A DNA stretch of 64,000 bases from Gekko japonicus (GCF_001447785.1 NW_015169777.1:854249-918248); one strand, 5' to 3'; counted from the first letter of the stretch, positions 39,600-52,891 are shown. The notes: a model not told the origin generated them from the sequence alone. Numbers and translations: made by a program.

Positions 39600-41545
39600 C
39601 TGCAAGACAACAAAGGCCTGCTTAGGGGGTTGCAGACTGTCTCCTTAAGAAAGTGAAGTTTTCCTAGGAGTACTTGAGTTTTTGCCAGAATCAAGAATGC
39701 ACTGCCTCCATCAGCTGGCCTGGAACCAACCTTTCCACAGGGACCTGTCTTCCGAAGCAGTTACTCCATCTTGTCATTACAAAATCATTTCATAAATTCT
39801 CTCAGTTTATACATGAATTTGCTTGCTTGCTTCTTCCCTTCATATCCTCTTTTCCTTTTGCATCATCATGTGCATTATAGTATAAACAGTTCTGAATTCT
39901 AACCACCTTGGATGCTGTGGCAGAAAGCAATTTTAAGTAAATCAGATAAACAATGCCTACTGTTTTCAGGCCCAATTCAAGGGACACCATTCTAAGTCCA
40001 TTGAAATTAATGAGATTAGAAAGGTATAACTCCACTTAGGATGGTACTGTAAAAAGCCTGTGACCAAGATGCCTTAAGGACCTCTGGTTGCTCTATGAAG
40101 CAGCCCAAGAGCTATGCACATTGTTTCAAGTCCTGGTTCACATCCCTTCATCTTTGCTGATAAGGCAGTTTGCCACAAGGAAAATGCCTTTTTGTTTGTG
40201 CCACACTGTTTGTGGAACACCGTTTGCGTAGTGCCAAGTTTGGCTAAGTCCCAGTACCAGGCCAAGACACCCTTATTCTGTCAGGCATTTTAATTATTGA
40301 TTTTATTGTCTCCTTTGAGGCTTTAATTATGGTTGATTCTTTTTCTCTGGCTGATTATGCTGATATTTTTCAAACTGCTGTTTTGTGTGCAATTTTTTAG
40401 GCTGAGTGCTGTTAGAAATCAACGTAATATGGCTAAATTTGTTTATTGAGATTTTGGAAAAAAAATATTATTTTTGTCTAGTAACTGTGTCAAGTGACAA
40501 AATCACCACCACAGCATATAAATAAACAAATAAATATATATATATAAACAAACATACATACAACTACAATATGACTATCTGTATATTTTCCCCTGTGAGG
40601 CAAGTAACTATTTGGGGGCGGAGCCATTTAAATCAGGAAAATAGTATAGTGTAGGAGGAAAGAGTTAACTTCCCCTGCCCATTCCATGACCCAATCTAAT
40701 GGAGAGGGGGCTACAGCTTGGCTGCTGATAAGAAAAAAAATAATTTCAGGAGTTATTATCACAGATCCCCCACTATCTTGTTCAGTTGCACTACTACTCT
40801 GCAAAATCCCTCAAAAACATTAGATATAGATGCATTAATGCTGAGAATCAAGTGGCTCCATAGACATCATCTTGACCTTTGATGACAGGGATCAGAGTTT
40901 AAATTCTATCTCAACCATTAGGCAACTGACTCATCTACAAAATGGGAATAATATCCATACAATTCAGAATGTGCCTGGATAGAGGGATAAAATGAAAAGT
41001 GTGAAGTTCTTTTGTATGTTAAATGTCCTGCATAAGTACTTAATAATCAAACCTTGTTCCTCCGTGAAAGCTTTTCAGATACCTGTATGATGAGAGACAA
41101 CACCTGCAGTGTACAGACAGATTAGTTTTTCTGTTTCACTACAGCCTCTGTTCAAACAGATCTGGCTGATTTTAGAAGCACTACAAAAACATACACTACC
41201 TGTTTGACCAGAGATCACAGAAAGATTAACCAGTGCCCAATCGCTGGCTCTATTGTCTCCTTCAGTTATCTGAAAAAATGTAATAATATAATTTTTCTTG
41301 CTCCCAAGTCACTGCTGACTTATGGCGACCCCATTGGGTATACAAGGCAAGAGATGTTCAGAAGCGGTTAGCCATTTTCTGCCTCCATGTCACAACCCTG
41401 GTATTCCTTGGAGGTCTCCCATCCAAATACTAGCCAGGACTGACCCTGGTTAGCTTCTGAGATCTGACAAGATCAGGTTAGCCTGGGCTAGCCAGGTAAT
41501 GTAATACAGACCCACAATTCCACTTTATAGATCATACGTGGTCAC

Positions 41546-41694
41546 CTTGATCAGTTCAATACAGTTGATCATAGAGTCTGCTTGGACACACACCAGAGGG
41601 TCCGACTTGACATTCAGAGCCCACTCCTCACACTTCTGGAGCTCAGCACTGCTAATACAGCACCAGCGCACCAGACTGTTGGATAGGGAACTCC
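41546..41694 (-). CDS. Transferrin-like exon 9 (C-lobe start)
   Basis: GSSLSNSLVRWCCISSAELQKCEEWA...VCVQADSMINCIELIK; 149 nt, phase 1->0. Confidence 0.93.
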
Positions 41695-41810
41695 CTGAAG
41701 TAGTGGAAAGAAGGAAGAACAAATTGTGTCATCCATTTATTGAGCTCTGCTCTTTGAGGTTCTTCTCCATTCCCTTTCCCACAGCTCCTTGGGAAAGAGA
41801 GAACACTCAC

Positions 41811-41997
41811 CTTCATGTCCCAAAGCCTGCAGGAGAGCAACATAATCCAAGCCAAGGACATGACTGAGTTCAGCCTCCTCTTCAACTACCTGCAAGTACT
41901 GAGTTGCATCATGGAATAGCAGGTTCTTTCCACTGAACGGTGCAGAAGTGAACAGCTCAAACCTGGCCTTTTCCTTTCCCTTCTTTCCAAATAGGTT
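41811..41997 (-). CDS. Transferrin-like exon 8 (N-lobe end); frame not shown in the ORF track
   Basis: tag|NLFGKKGKEKARFELFTSAPFSGKNLLFHDATQYLQ...LGLDYVALLQALGHE|gtgagt; 187 nt, phase 0->1. Confidence 0.93.
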
Positions 41998-43602
41998 CTA
42001 AAGACAATAAACAGATTTACTGGCTACAACTTAACACTGCTTAGCAGAGGCATGAACTGAAATGAGAGGAGCTGGCTGCTGCGTATTCAGATTTGTAGTG
42101 CCATGAAGGGAAAGACTGTTAGTGCCCAGTGGCTTCCAGAGCTGGAGAGACATCCTTGGTCACTTCCTCGGAGAAAATTAGAATATCACTGCCAGTCCCC
42201 CTCCCCCATACATGTGGAGCCAAGCATTGTCTGTAGAAGTCCCTGAGCCAGCAATCTTGCTGAGACCTATCTTTGTAATCTGTGGGATGGGGGTGGGCAT
42301 TGCCCTCTGCCTAGAAGGCTCACTACCCACAGGTCAGGACCTCTGCAAGTACCCACAGAACCCCAAGAACAGAAACAGCAGCATATCAGATGGCAGATCA
42401 CAAATGTGGCAGTATAAGCCCTCCCTTCCCTCAATACTATACTGGAAGACTACAAAGCTGGATAGAAAAACATGCAGTCGCCACCTGCAAACTCCTGGTA
42501 CAACAACTTTTTCTGATCTGCTCTTTGCATCCTGCCTCAAGCTATCTTGATGGACATTTCCACTACTGCTTCAGCAACTTCGACTTGGATTCTGCTCCTG
42601 GCCCTTTTGGACAACTATTTTGCCTTGCCAGTAGATGGGGAAATTTAGCCATACATTCACATACACATGAACCTGCCCTACTAAATTGCATCTAAATTAG
42701 TATTATGCTGGCAGCAGCTTCCCAGGGCCCTTAGGCAGAGATCTTTCACATCACTTGGTACCTGATCCTTTAAGCAGGCGTTGTACTTGCAGGCAAAGCA
42801 GGTGTTTATCAGTGAGCTATGGGCCTACATGTACATAAGGGATAGATGATTTAGTAGCTGAAAACTAGGCAACCTAGCTCAGGCAGTTCAGCTTACTGCC
42901 CAAGCTGTTGCTCTCCAGGAACCTTTTTTCAATAGGGACAATAGCCTTAGGGTTCATACAGGGAGATTATGTTGTCGAAGGCTTTCACGGCCAGAGTTCA
43001 TTAGCTGTTGTAGATTTTCTTGGCAATGCCAAGACCACGACCATACAACCCGGAAAATCTACAACAGCGAAACAATACATTGTTAGCTTCAAGTCCACTA
43101 GCACCTTAGAGACCAACAAGGTTTTTGAGGTATAAGATTTTAAGAGTCAATGCTCCCTTCATCAGATATCTGACAAAAGGAATATTGACTCTTGAAAACG
43201 TATACCTCAAAATCCTTGTTGGTCTCTAAGGTGGTACGGAACTCAAATGTAGCTGTTCTATTGCAGAACACCACAGCTACCCTCAGAAACAATACACTGT
43301 GTTTGAGTATTTGAGATGATCACTGGAAGTCTTTTACTTCCAAAGTTGTAACAAAGTTGGCTAGAAAAATCATAAATGTTAAGGAACCACTGTTGGAATG
43401 TGATGCTGCTACAGAATCAACCTCTAGGGGTAAGTATGGAGTCTGCATACATTTCTGGAGTGTTTTGTTGTTGTTGTTGTTGTTGTTAAAAGTGCCTAGA
43501 TGAGGAAGGCATCGAGACTCCACAGTATCGCACCAAAAAAATTCAGGTGTAAGAATTCATCCCCAAAATAGGGAAACAATAAGCCTCCCTGATAACACAG
43601 GG

Positions 43603-44033
43603 CAGGGGTCGTTTCGTAGAAAAAGAGCAAGGGGGACTCATTAGCATAACTCATTAGCATATGCCACACCCCCTGACATCATCAGAAGTGTGTCTTAAGG
43701 CCACACCCACCACTCAGTTAGTCTTAGTCTTAAAGGTTAAAGGTGCTATTTGAACTCTTGGACTATTTTGCAGCAACAGACTAACACAGCTACCTCGGGG
43801 AAGCTCCTGGATGGGACTGGGAGTCCTTGCGGAGGCCACGTGGAGTGGCCTCGGCCAGGCAGAGGGGGAGGACGCCACCTTACCCTCCTGCTTCTTCCTC
43901 CTTCTGCAACAGAATGAGGCTGGAAGCAGGGGGCTGCCAGAAGAAGGGGCGGGGCTTTGTTGTGTGCCCCGCCCCCCTGCACCTCACCCGGGGGAACTGC
44001 GATCCCCCGCGTTCCCCCCCGAAATGACCTCTG
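43603..44033 (-). mobile_element. MITE family C with an internal Penelope-tail fragment
   Basis: Same TIRs; perfect 8-bp TSD ACACAGGG; about 90 bp longer than the 31.2-kb copy. Confidence 0.9.
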
Positions 44034-46349
44034 ACACAGGGGACATCTGTCCTCAATGGGAGAGATGCATCATGCCCCTGTCAGAATAGCAGTTGCCTCA
44101 TGTAAAGTTGGAATGCTTTCTCAAAATGTGCCTGCATGTGTCAGAGGCGGGGGAGGGGGTGACACTTTCTAGCCTTGAAAGGAGAAGCTGGCTGAAATGA
44201 CTCGGCATTCCAGGATTAGAAGAGGAAGCCCCCTTGGTCTGGGAGAAATGTCTCCACATCTGGCTCCTCACCTGCCATTTAACTCTCCTCCCTTTCCAGC
44301 TCAGCCTCTTCAAAGATAATACCAATGCTAGTGGGACCTCTTAGGTTTCGGTTACGTGTGGCATTAAAATAATTTCCTCTTCTGAGGAAACCTGCCATAC
44401 CTGATGACAAGTGGAAGGCATATCCTTTTTTGTGTGCCAAGTTTACCCTTGGCTTTTAGGGAATTACCATGAGTAATCAGAATGGCAGCTCACCACAGAG
44501 AGTGCCTTTTCCCCTCAAAATAAATCTTTACCAAATACTTTAAGTCAAAAAATAGTACTTGGGGTGAAGAGAACCCCCAATCTGTAATGAAGGTGTCAGA
44601 GGTAGATTCACAGTTGAGTTCTGCTAGACTGAGGGAAACTGCCTATCTGAATTGAATTAGGAGAGTGAACTAGTACAGATGTTATCACCAATTTCCTTAT
44701 AATTACTATAATTAACAAGCAAGTGCGGCACTGGATAACCATATTATCCACATATTTTTAGTAATTAATTCCTTAAAGATTTTTACATTTTGGGTGGTGG
44801 TTATACCATAGCCTCAGTGTTTGTCTGTCCTATGCCTAAGGACATATGATTGCAGAGAAACATCTATTTTAGTATCTATTTTAAATATTAGATTGCCATA
44901 TTACCACTGTGTTGCTTTCTGTAGGTTTAATTTTACATTGTTTTCTAATTTTGTGATTCAGCTTTATTATATTTATTCTATGTACTATTTTATAATACAC
45001 TTGTAATGACTGTACTTTAATTTTTCCATTGTTCTTTTAGTTATGTAATTTGCCTTGAGTCTTAGTGAGAAAGGCAGACTAAAAATGAAGTAAATAAAAT
45101 AATTTATAAGTCATATTAACAGTGACTTGGTTTGCCAGGTGACATATCCTAGAGCATTTTGGAGATGGTTGCAATGTTATAATTCTCTCCTTACCCAAAT
45201 CCTCCACATCGTATCCATACTAGACAAGGCCCAACTCAGAGAAAAAGAGTGGGAGTTCTGATGCTGAGTGCTCCACAGTGACAGAGCAGGCAGGATGACA
45301 ACCTGGAGAGGCTTATACCTACAGCAGTGTATATACAGCAGTGCAGTTGGAATAACAAGCCGTGACAGCTGAAGCAGAAGGGAGTAGCAACCCACATAGT
45401 ATCCTCCACCAGTGGAGAAGTGGGAGGTCATGGGCTGTGTGTGGAAGTGATGCAAGTCACTTGGCTTTCTCTGCCTCCTCTTTTTTTATATTGTGCAGCA
45501 TCATACAGGTCCCTGTTTTTAAAGTCTTACTCCTAACAATCCTTAATTAGCTTGAAGACGTCTTTTAAAAATTATGTGCCATGACTCACTTTCTTGCAAT
45601 ACTGAGAACTACATTTTTTCTTATTAACACCTGTTACTTCAGCACCTCTTTCGTAAACATTTAGCTCATGGCAAGAGCATATTAGTTACACAAAGAAGTA
45701 GAGACAGCATTTCCTTAAGAGGCAAAGAAGTTGACTGGAAGTAGGTTTGACTGCAGCAACAATGAAATGTATGCAATGGAAGTGACAAAGGAAGGAGAAC
45801 ACGGATGGATTATGGAATCCTAGAAGGTGTGCTAATTCACTGTACCTTCAGAGAACAAGTTTTGCTGTTCCTTTTTTCTAAAACCTAGTAAACCTCTATA
45901 AAACATGCAAATACTAATAACACAGGGAAAATGCTCAGCTAATCTTGCAAAGCCAAAGAATCTAAGGAACAGGACAATCATTCGCATTGGATGCCAATTT
46001 TCTTATAGCAGATACATTTAGGCCTACATCTGAACAAAGACTAAACTATTCCTAGACTAGCCCACTTTGCTATCTCAGTGAAAAAAATATTACACTTTAC
46101 ACACACATATAACTACTAGATCAGTAAAGAAATTAGAATAGATTCAGGTGGAGTAGTCATGTTGGTCTGATGCAGTAGAACAAAGTTTGAGTCCAGTGGC
46201 ACCTTTAAGACCACAAAGTTTTATTCATGGTATAAGCTTTCGTGTGCAAGCACACCGAGGAAGTATGCTTGCACATGAAAGCTTATACTGTGAATAAAAC
46301 TTTGTTGGTCTTAAAGGCGCCACTGGACTCAGAGATTAGAACTCTTTCC

Positions 46350-46624
46350 GTAAAAAGGTGGGTTTTTTCCCAAGTCTCCACGGATGCGCACAAGCACCCA
46401 ACGGAGCATGCGCACATTTCAGTTTTTAAAAAACCCCACAACCCCGTTTGCCGCACTGCTCCGCTTTTTTGCCGCGTCGTGTGATCGGCACCTCCCCCCT
46501 AACCACGGGAGCTCGACGGGACCTCAACCCAACGCCTGATCGTGCAGTTGCGCGTTAGTTTGCTCCGGGGCAAACAGCCACACCTCCCCCTCCCCCGCAT
46601 TTTCCTGCCCGTGTGACTGAGGCC
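46350..46624 (+). mobile_element. Family A half-element (right end only)
   Basis: GGATGCGCA...CCAACGGAGCATGCGCAC...CCTGCCCGTGTGACTGAGGCC shared with the other copies. Confidence 0.75.
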
Positions 46625-46729
46625 TTATCTGTGCATTATGGGAATTCAGACTTAGGTACGAACCCAAGAATTCTGCTCATTCCTGTGTGTCAGTGTTTGC
46701 AGACACTCAATGTACTGCTCAAAAAGTAC

Positions 46730-46884
46730 CTGGATCAAAGTAAGAAATTTCTTGGTGATCTTCTGGAAATTATAGCGAGTAACAATGGCATGTCCTGGCC
46801 CATGGCCCAAGTTGCAGGTGGCATAGGCATTCAAAGATGCTGTGGACCCATCAGGACACAGAAGTTCATATTCTTGTTCTGACT
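46730..46884 (-). CDS. Transferrin-like exon 7
   Basis: ESEQEYELLCPDGSTASLNAYATCNLGHGPGHAIVTR...LIQ; 155 nt, phase 1->0. Confidence 0.93.
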
Positions 46885-47508
46885 CTTAGAAAATAGAAAG
46901 AAAATACTGGCACTCAGAGAAACTGGAGTGAGAGTCACTGGCTTAGCAAATAGGCCACAACAGAAAAGACTGGTTGAGGCAATGGGCACCCACATATGGC
47001 CTCCCTAAGGTTGCTGTCACCCGTTCACCTATTGACCATTGACAACTGGCCTTAATAGTACTGCACCATCAGGCCAGAATTTTTATAACCAGCTGATGTT
47101 TTGTTTTAAACTGTACCTATCGTTTTAATGTTTATATACTATTTTAAATTGTAATTGCTTACATTGTGTTTTAAATTGTATTTATTTAATTATGTTACCT
47201 GCCCTGAGTTCATTTGCGGGATGGGTGGGATATAAATATGAATAATAAATAAATAAATAAGGTTTTTCCATTGCTGTTGCTCATATTGCCACCAACAGAA
47301 GACCACTGAGGAATGATGTTCAGCAGTCTGCTAAGATAGGCAACTTGCCTGTTTGTTCTGGGCATTGGGAAGGGGCACCACTCTACCTTTTTCAGCTCCT
47401 CAAGAAAGAAGTGAGGATATTGCTAAGCAAAGGCTTCTTTACCCACCTTGACTTGCAGGTCACAGCTCAATTGTTTTCAGGTATCTTTGTGGGTAGGACA
47501 GCCAAAAC

Positions 47509-47714
47509 CAGTGTTCTCTCTAAGCTGAGTTAATATGAGCTAGCTCACATTTTTTTAGCCTCCAGCTCACACATTTTTGTCTTAGCTCAGGAAGGATGGC
47601 TCCAGAGCAAACTAATTTATGCAGTAGCCAAATCGCTCGCTCACAACTTTAATGCCGGTAGCTAACAAGGTAGAATTTTTGCTCACAAGATGCCACAGCT
47701 TAGAGGGAGCATTG
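47509..47714 (+). mobile_element. MITE family B
   Basis: 206 bp, same TIRs and body. Confidence 0.85.
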
Positions 47715-47827
47715 GACCAAATTTGCTGATCTAATACTTAGGGGACTGCTTCACTATCTTATCAGGAATGGACTACCCATATTTGTTCACTATGAAAAAG
47801 TCACTGACAGTGGGCTTTTCAGTTTAC

Positions 47828-47892
47828 CTGTCGCATTCCTCATTGTTAGGTGATCCAGGAAAGCAACATCTGCTATCCCACTCTTCAAACAT
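47828..47892 (-). CDS. Transferrin-like exon 6
   Basis: CLKSGIADVAFLDHLTMRNAT; 65 nt, phase 2->1. Confidence 0.93.
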
Positions 47893-47986
47893 CTGCACAC
47901 AGATTTAAAAAGTATTAGCATAAAGAGCATCTCTTCTTCCCCTCTATTATCATCAAATTGCAGTGCAAGAGCAAGTTCAAGGCCAC

Positions 47987-48149
47987 CTGAAGGCTCCCTC
48001 TGAAGCATAGAAGGGCTCATCACCACTGGACTCACAAAAGTGGTTCTTCTCCCGGATGTAAGACTTCTGACCTTGGCAAAGAATGCATAGCTGAGGGGTG
48101 GTAATTCCGATGCCGGGGATGCAGCTGGCATTGAAATAACCACTGATCG
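47987..48149 (-). CDS. Transferrin-like exon 5
   Basis: AISGYFNASCIPG...LCILCQG...FCESSGDEPFYASEGAFR; 163 nt, phase 1->2. Confidence 0.95.
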
Positions 48150-49207
48150 CTGAAGAAATAAGAGGATAAACAAATACAAAAGGACACAGTGTAATAAAGC
48201 AAGATAAAATGCTAATAAACACCACGAGTGATATACACATATTAATTCCATTTCCATTTTTCATTTATTAGCTTCATTGACCCGAGGTCTTAAGCCAGAC
48301 ATGCAAACAGATACACTTATATTAATGATTAACTCTTAGTATGGGCACTTTTACCCATGAGCACTATGTTGTCATTTTCTTTCTGTGTGTAAAGTGCTAT
48401 CAAGTTGCAACAGGCATATGGCAACCCCAGCAAGGGACCTTCAAGGCAAGTGAGAAGCAAAGTTGGTTTGTCATTGCCTGCCTCTGCAGAGTCTTCCTTG
48501 GTGTTCTCCTTTCCAAGTACCAACCCTGCTTAACTTCTGAGAGCTAATGAGATTGGGCTCCTTCCCACTGTCATTTTATGTGGCATGAAAAAAACAAACA
48601 GGGTAAACAGACCATGAAATGCCAGAAATACAGAATGAAATGTAATTATACAAAATTCAGATGGGAATCAAGAAAAATGTAGAGACTGTTGACTAGTTAT
48701 GCTAAACTAGTTAACACCTGGAATGGGTGCGGAGTCTCAGTGTAGTTTCATAGACCGTAAAACCGCCAAGGTGCTACAACTCCTGTTTATTTCTGAAATT
48801 CTTGAACTACTTAGCAACACACTTATCTGAACTCTTTAAAAATGCCTGCCTCATGTGTGGAGTTATAAATTTGTAGGACTGTCATATCAATAACAGATTC
48901 TTACAGTAAAATATGTATGTTTATGAGAGAGACCGCCTTGTTTCTGCCAAATATAATAAAAGATAATGGGCATGATCTCATAAAAGTTAAGGACTTTTGT
49001 GTCTTGTTGTTTCTAATGGTATTTACTTCAATCTTCCTTGCTCAAGCCTGTAGAATTTAAAAATGCTTCACTGGGGCTGGATTGTACCCATTAGGACAAG
49101 GAGCTTTTAATGTGGTACCTGGATGCTATGCATGTTTCTCTTTTCCTTGAGTTTCAATAGGCAAAACCATGATCCTGGGGATATCGGATCTCTCACTGCT
49201 CACTTAC

Positions 49208-49384
49208 CATGGGTTAGGGGCTGATTTTCATCCCACATCAGGTACTTTTTAGCTAGAAGAAAGCCAAAAGGGATATTCCAACCTGAAGTCCACCTGGCTC
49301 CATTGTGGCAACTACGGGTACCTTTTAGCTTTTGGATATTCAGTTCTCCTCGTCTGGCAACAGCTACAGCAAACATGCAGGTAC
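49208..49384 (-). CDS. Transferrin-like exon 4
   Basis: GTCMFAVAVARRGELNIQKLKGTRSCHNGARWTSGWNIPFGFL; 177 nt, phase 1->1. Confidence 0.95.
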
Positions 49385-49477
49385 CTAGAGATGTGACAAG
49401 TGGAGATGCAGGAACTGCCATAATAAATACTGGTAAGAGCTTCTCTGTGTGAATAGAACAGGTTGAGAAGGCAAAGA

Positions 49478-50090
49478 AAAAAACGGAGGTTGCACTTACC
49501 TGTAACCATTGTTCATCGAGTGGTCTTCTGTGCAGGCACACATGGGACTGTGCTTATGCAGGCCAACCACCAGGAGGAGCTAGCGAGCTCTAAAACGTCT
49601 CTTAATTCCCCAAGAGTGCTAGTCTTCCCATAGCAACAGTGGCACTTCCCGCCCAAAAGTCACGTGGTATGGGAGGAGCTAGCACTCTCCCCTCAGTCCT
49701 CCTCCAGCCACCACAAGGGCGTAGAGACACCCACAGCGGGGAAGGAGGGAGGGATGTGTGCCTGCACAGAAGACCACTCAATGAAGAACGGTTACAGGTA
49801 AGTGCAACCTCCGTTTTCATCAGCGTGGCTTCTGTGCAGTCCCACATTGGAGATTAGCAAGCGTACTTACTGAGGAGGAGGGCGTGGGATGTCTCAATGG
49901 AAGATTGACTGCAACACCACTTTTCCCACAGATGCCTCCTTACTGAAATCAGTGGCACAATCGGATGACCATTCTTCCTGTATTCTTTGTTTGGGAGAAA
50001 GCCATAACACGGCATTGTGTAAGGCTTGTAAGGCCTTAACCCCAAGGGCCCTGGGAGGCAGAGTGGCGCGCCTCAAAGCTCGTAGGTCAG
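49478..50090. mobile_element. DIRS-like tyrosine-recombinase retrotransposon relic
   Basis: About 65-bp inverted repeat pair 49478-49543 / 49754-49817 followed by a partial third copy (ITR/ICR layout); + strand DDHSSCILCLGESHNTALCKACKALTPRA resembles the DIRS Gag zinc finger. Confidence 0.75.
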
Positions 50091-50566
50091 TGGGATTTTA
50101 GCACCACAGTCCTTACATTTCTTGAAGAGAGCCATAGAGAAGACAGACCTGAGGCAAGTGACAGAAAAATCTCCTCAGGCCCCAGTTCAGCTCGCTGATA
50201 CACATCCTCACTTTGTGGCGGCAAAAAGAGAACTGAGGGGAGAGTGCTACACTGATGAACATATTATTATGATTCAAAACTTTCTTAATATTTTTATACC
50301 AAAGGTATAAAGAAAGCAAAATACTTCTTTATTCAACAGATATTCATTTGATTCCTCTGTAGCAGGAATCATAATAGCAACACTGAGATTAAATAATTTG
50401 CCTGGGGAACTACAGTGACTCGAGGCTCAGCCATATAGGAAGCCTAGTATTTCACTCTGTCATTGGCTTTTCCTGGGAATAAGATCTGCTGTAAACGTCT
50501 TCTTTAATGCTAACTGTTCCTCTACAAACTTTCATCTTAAGGATAACATTTCAGAGTGAGGAGGTT

Positions 50567-50940
50567 AACATAAGAACATAAGAACCAATGTTGGATCAGG
50601 CCAATGGCCCATCCAGTCCAACATACTATCACACAGTGGCCCAAAATACCAGGTGCCATCAGGAGGTCCACCAGTGGGGCCAGGACACTAGAAGCCCTCT
50701 CACTGTCCCCCCCCCCCGGCACCAAGAATACAGAGCATCACTTGCCCAAACCAAGAGTTCCTATCTATACCTTGTGGCTAATAGCCACTGATAGACCTCT
50801 GCTCCATATGTTTATCCAGTTCCCTCTTGTATTCCCTCTTATCCAATTCCGTCCATGCTTGTAGCTGCCACCACCTCCTGTGGCACTGAATTCCATGTGT
50901 CAATCACTCTTTGGGTGAAGAAGTATTTCCTTTTATCCAT
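50567..50940 (-). mobile_element. CR1-family 3' end
   Basis: (ACATAAGA)2 octamer tail and ccatccagtcc motif. Confidence 0.7.
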
Positions 50941-51437
50941 AAGAGGTTCATGGTGATAGAAGCAAAGGCATATTACATAACAATCTTCCCTCAATGTATG
51001 CTGGTGTTATTGTACTTCAGAACTTCATAGCATTAAGAGTGCTGCCCTCACAGCTTTTAAGGCTAACATTACTGCTCAACTATTATATGCAGCTCCAGTT
51101 TGGATTGAAACAGTTAATGAAGATTTGGATAACCCACTGCTGAAAATTTCACGATCGATTTCTGGAGTCTCCAAATGTATGTCGTGAGTCACATTGCGGG
51201 CCAAATTCAGCCTGAAATCCCCAAACTTGGATCAGAGCTCTCAAATGGAAGCTCAAAACTGAAAGAGCTACTCCCTCTAAGGATCTGCTGTATCTGGTAA
51301 GACAGGATAAAGCTTATACTGCCTCTGGGACAAATAGTTGGACACCAAACTACATTATGTCAGTGGATTCTTTATGTATCCATTGTCCTGAAAAGATGTA
51401 TTATGCTGACAGCACCCATGTGATAATGATAACTGAC

Positions 51438-51537
51438 CTTCCACATAGACTTCCTTTGCCACCACAGTCAGGCCATAAAGCTTTACAGCAGAATAAACAT
51501 CTCCAGCATCCAAAGAGGCAGCATCTGCTTTATTCAC
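51438..51537 (-). CDS. Transferrin-like exon 3
   Basis: VNKADAASLDAGDVYSAVKLYGLTVVAKEVYVE (ADAxxLDAG motif); 100 nt, phase 0->1. Confidence 0.93.
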
Positions 51538-52223
51538 CTTATTTTTAAAAAAATGGGGGAAAGAAGAAAGCTATTTAAAACAGTACTAGCATATCTTCAA
51601 GTCAAGTTGTTCTAGCTTGACAGGCTCTCCTGATCAATGTCTGAAATTCCTGGCTAACATTCTACTTCTGATCACAGCAGATTTTAATGAGGTTAGGAGG
51701 GAGGCCTGACTAACATGTATTAGCACTTTATGGGCTATAATCTGTTGTGTATGAAGTGTGAAACTGTTTGCAGTAATGTTTGTCTTCCCCAAAACAGAAC
51801 CACATCCTCCTGTAACAGTTATTTTGTACACACAGTTATTCAAATAATGTTTGAATGTTTACTGTTTGCATTCATCCATACCCTGGCATTAATTCCAATG
51901 TGTTGGCTGCTGCTGCTATTTCTGCTTTAGTTTGTCCATCATAACTAAAATCAACATTGTAAATAGCTTGAAAAAAGCAGCCTTCTTCCTATGCAATAAA
52001 GCATAAGAAATCTATTTATTTTATTTAATTAATTAAAAATATTTATTAGCTGCGTTTCTTCCTTATGGACCAAGGAAGCTTACAATATTAATAAAACACA
52101 TAAAAATAAAACATATGAAATAGATCACATACAAACATAAAACCAAGACATTCAACAGCAGCACAGGCCTGTGCTACTTTTCAAAGCTACAAGGCTTCCA
52201 AGTACTCCACAGGAGGAGACATT

Positions 52224-52891
52224 GGCCCTTTTCACATTACAGTTCTAAATTGGATGTTATTAGTTGTTGGCCCAATTTCGAGTAAAGCGATACAGGGGCA
52301 GGGATTTCATATAGCAAATGTCCTTCCATTAATGAGCTGTCTCTGAACTGCCATGGTCATTTCAAACAGTACTACTTCTTCCCTGTGCGATCTTTCTTGG
52401 ACTTTTTAAAAAAGTTCTAAGATGAGCAATATAGCGCTAAATCTCTATAGCACTTCTGTGCTATAGCAGCCCCATTGAGATGTGTCAATGGAATCAGTGC
52501 ATCTCAATGGTGCCGCTATAACACTGAAGTGCTATAGAGGTTTAGCACTATAATGCTCACCTTAGAACATTTTTTAAAAGTCAGAGGAAGATCGCGTGGC
52601 AAAGAAGGATGGGGAAAAAGCGGCATTGTAGGAAGTGCTGTGGACATTTTAAACAGCACACCACAGTGATTCAGAAGCACAATGAGGGGTTGAAAATGGG
52701 AAAAAGCAGTTTTCCTCTAAAGTGGCTCAACCACAATTTGCTAACCCAATGCAAGCGGGTTTGTATGAACAGGTAAATAAATTCTGCTAGCAGCCAGTTA
52801 CTAAAACAGGTCTGTCTGAAATGACAGGGTGGGAAAAAAACATTTGCAACCAGTTACTAAAACAGAATACAAGGCCATTTGAAAAGGATCA
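52224..52891. mobile_element. Old non-autonomous DNA transposon with a central palindrome
   Basis: Ends GGCCCTTTTCACAT / ATTTGAAAAGGATC; inverted arms of about 95 bp at 52387-52595. Confidence 0.55.

Noticed and set aside
45195-45320. Exon-like segment with a gtaagg donor in intron 7 of the transferrin-like gene
   Set aside because: No transferrin similarity; exons 7 and 8 already join in frame.
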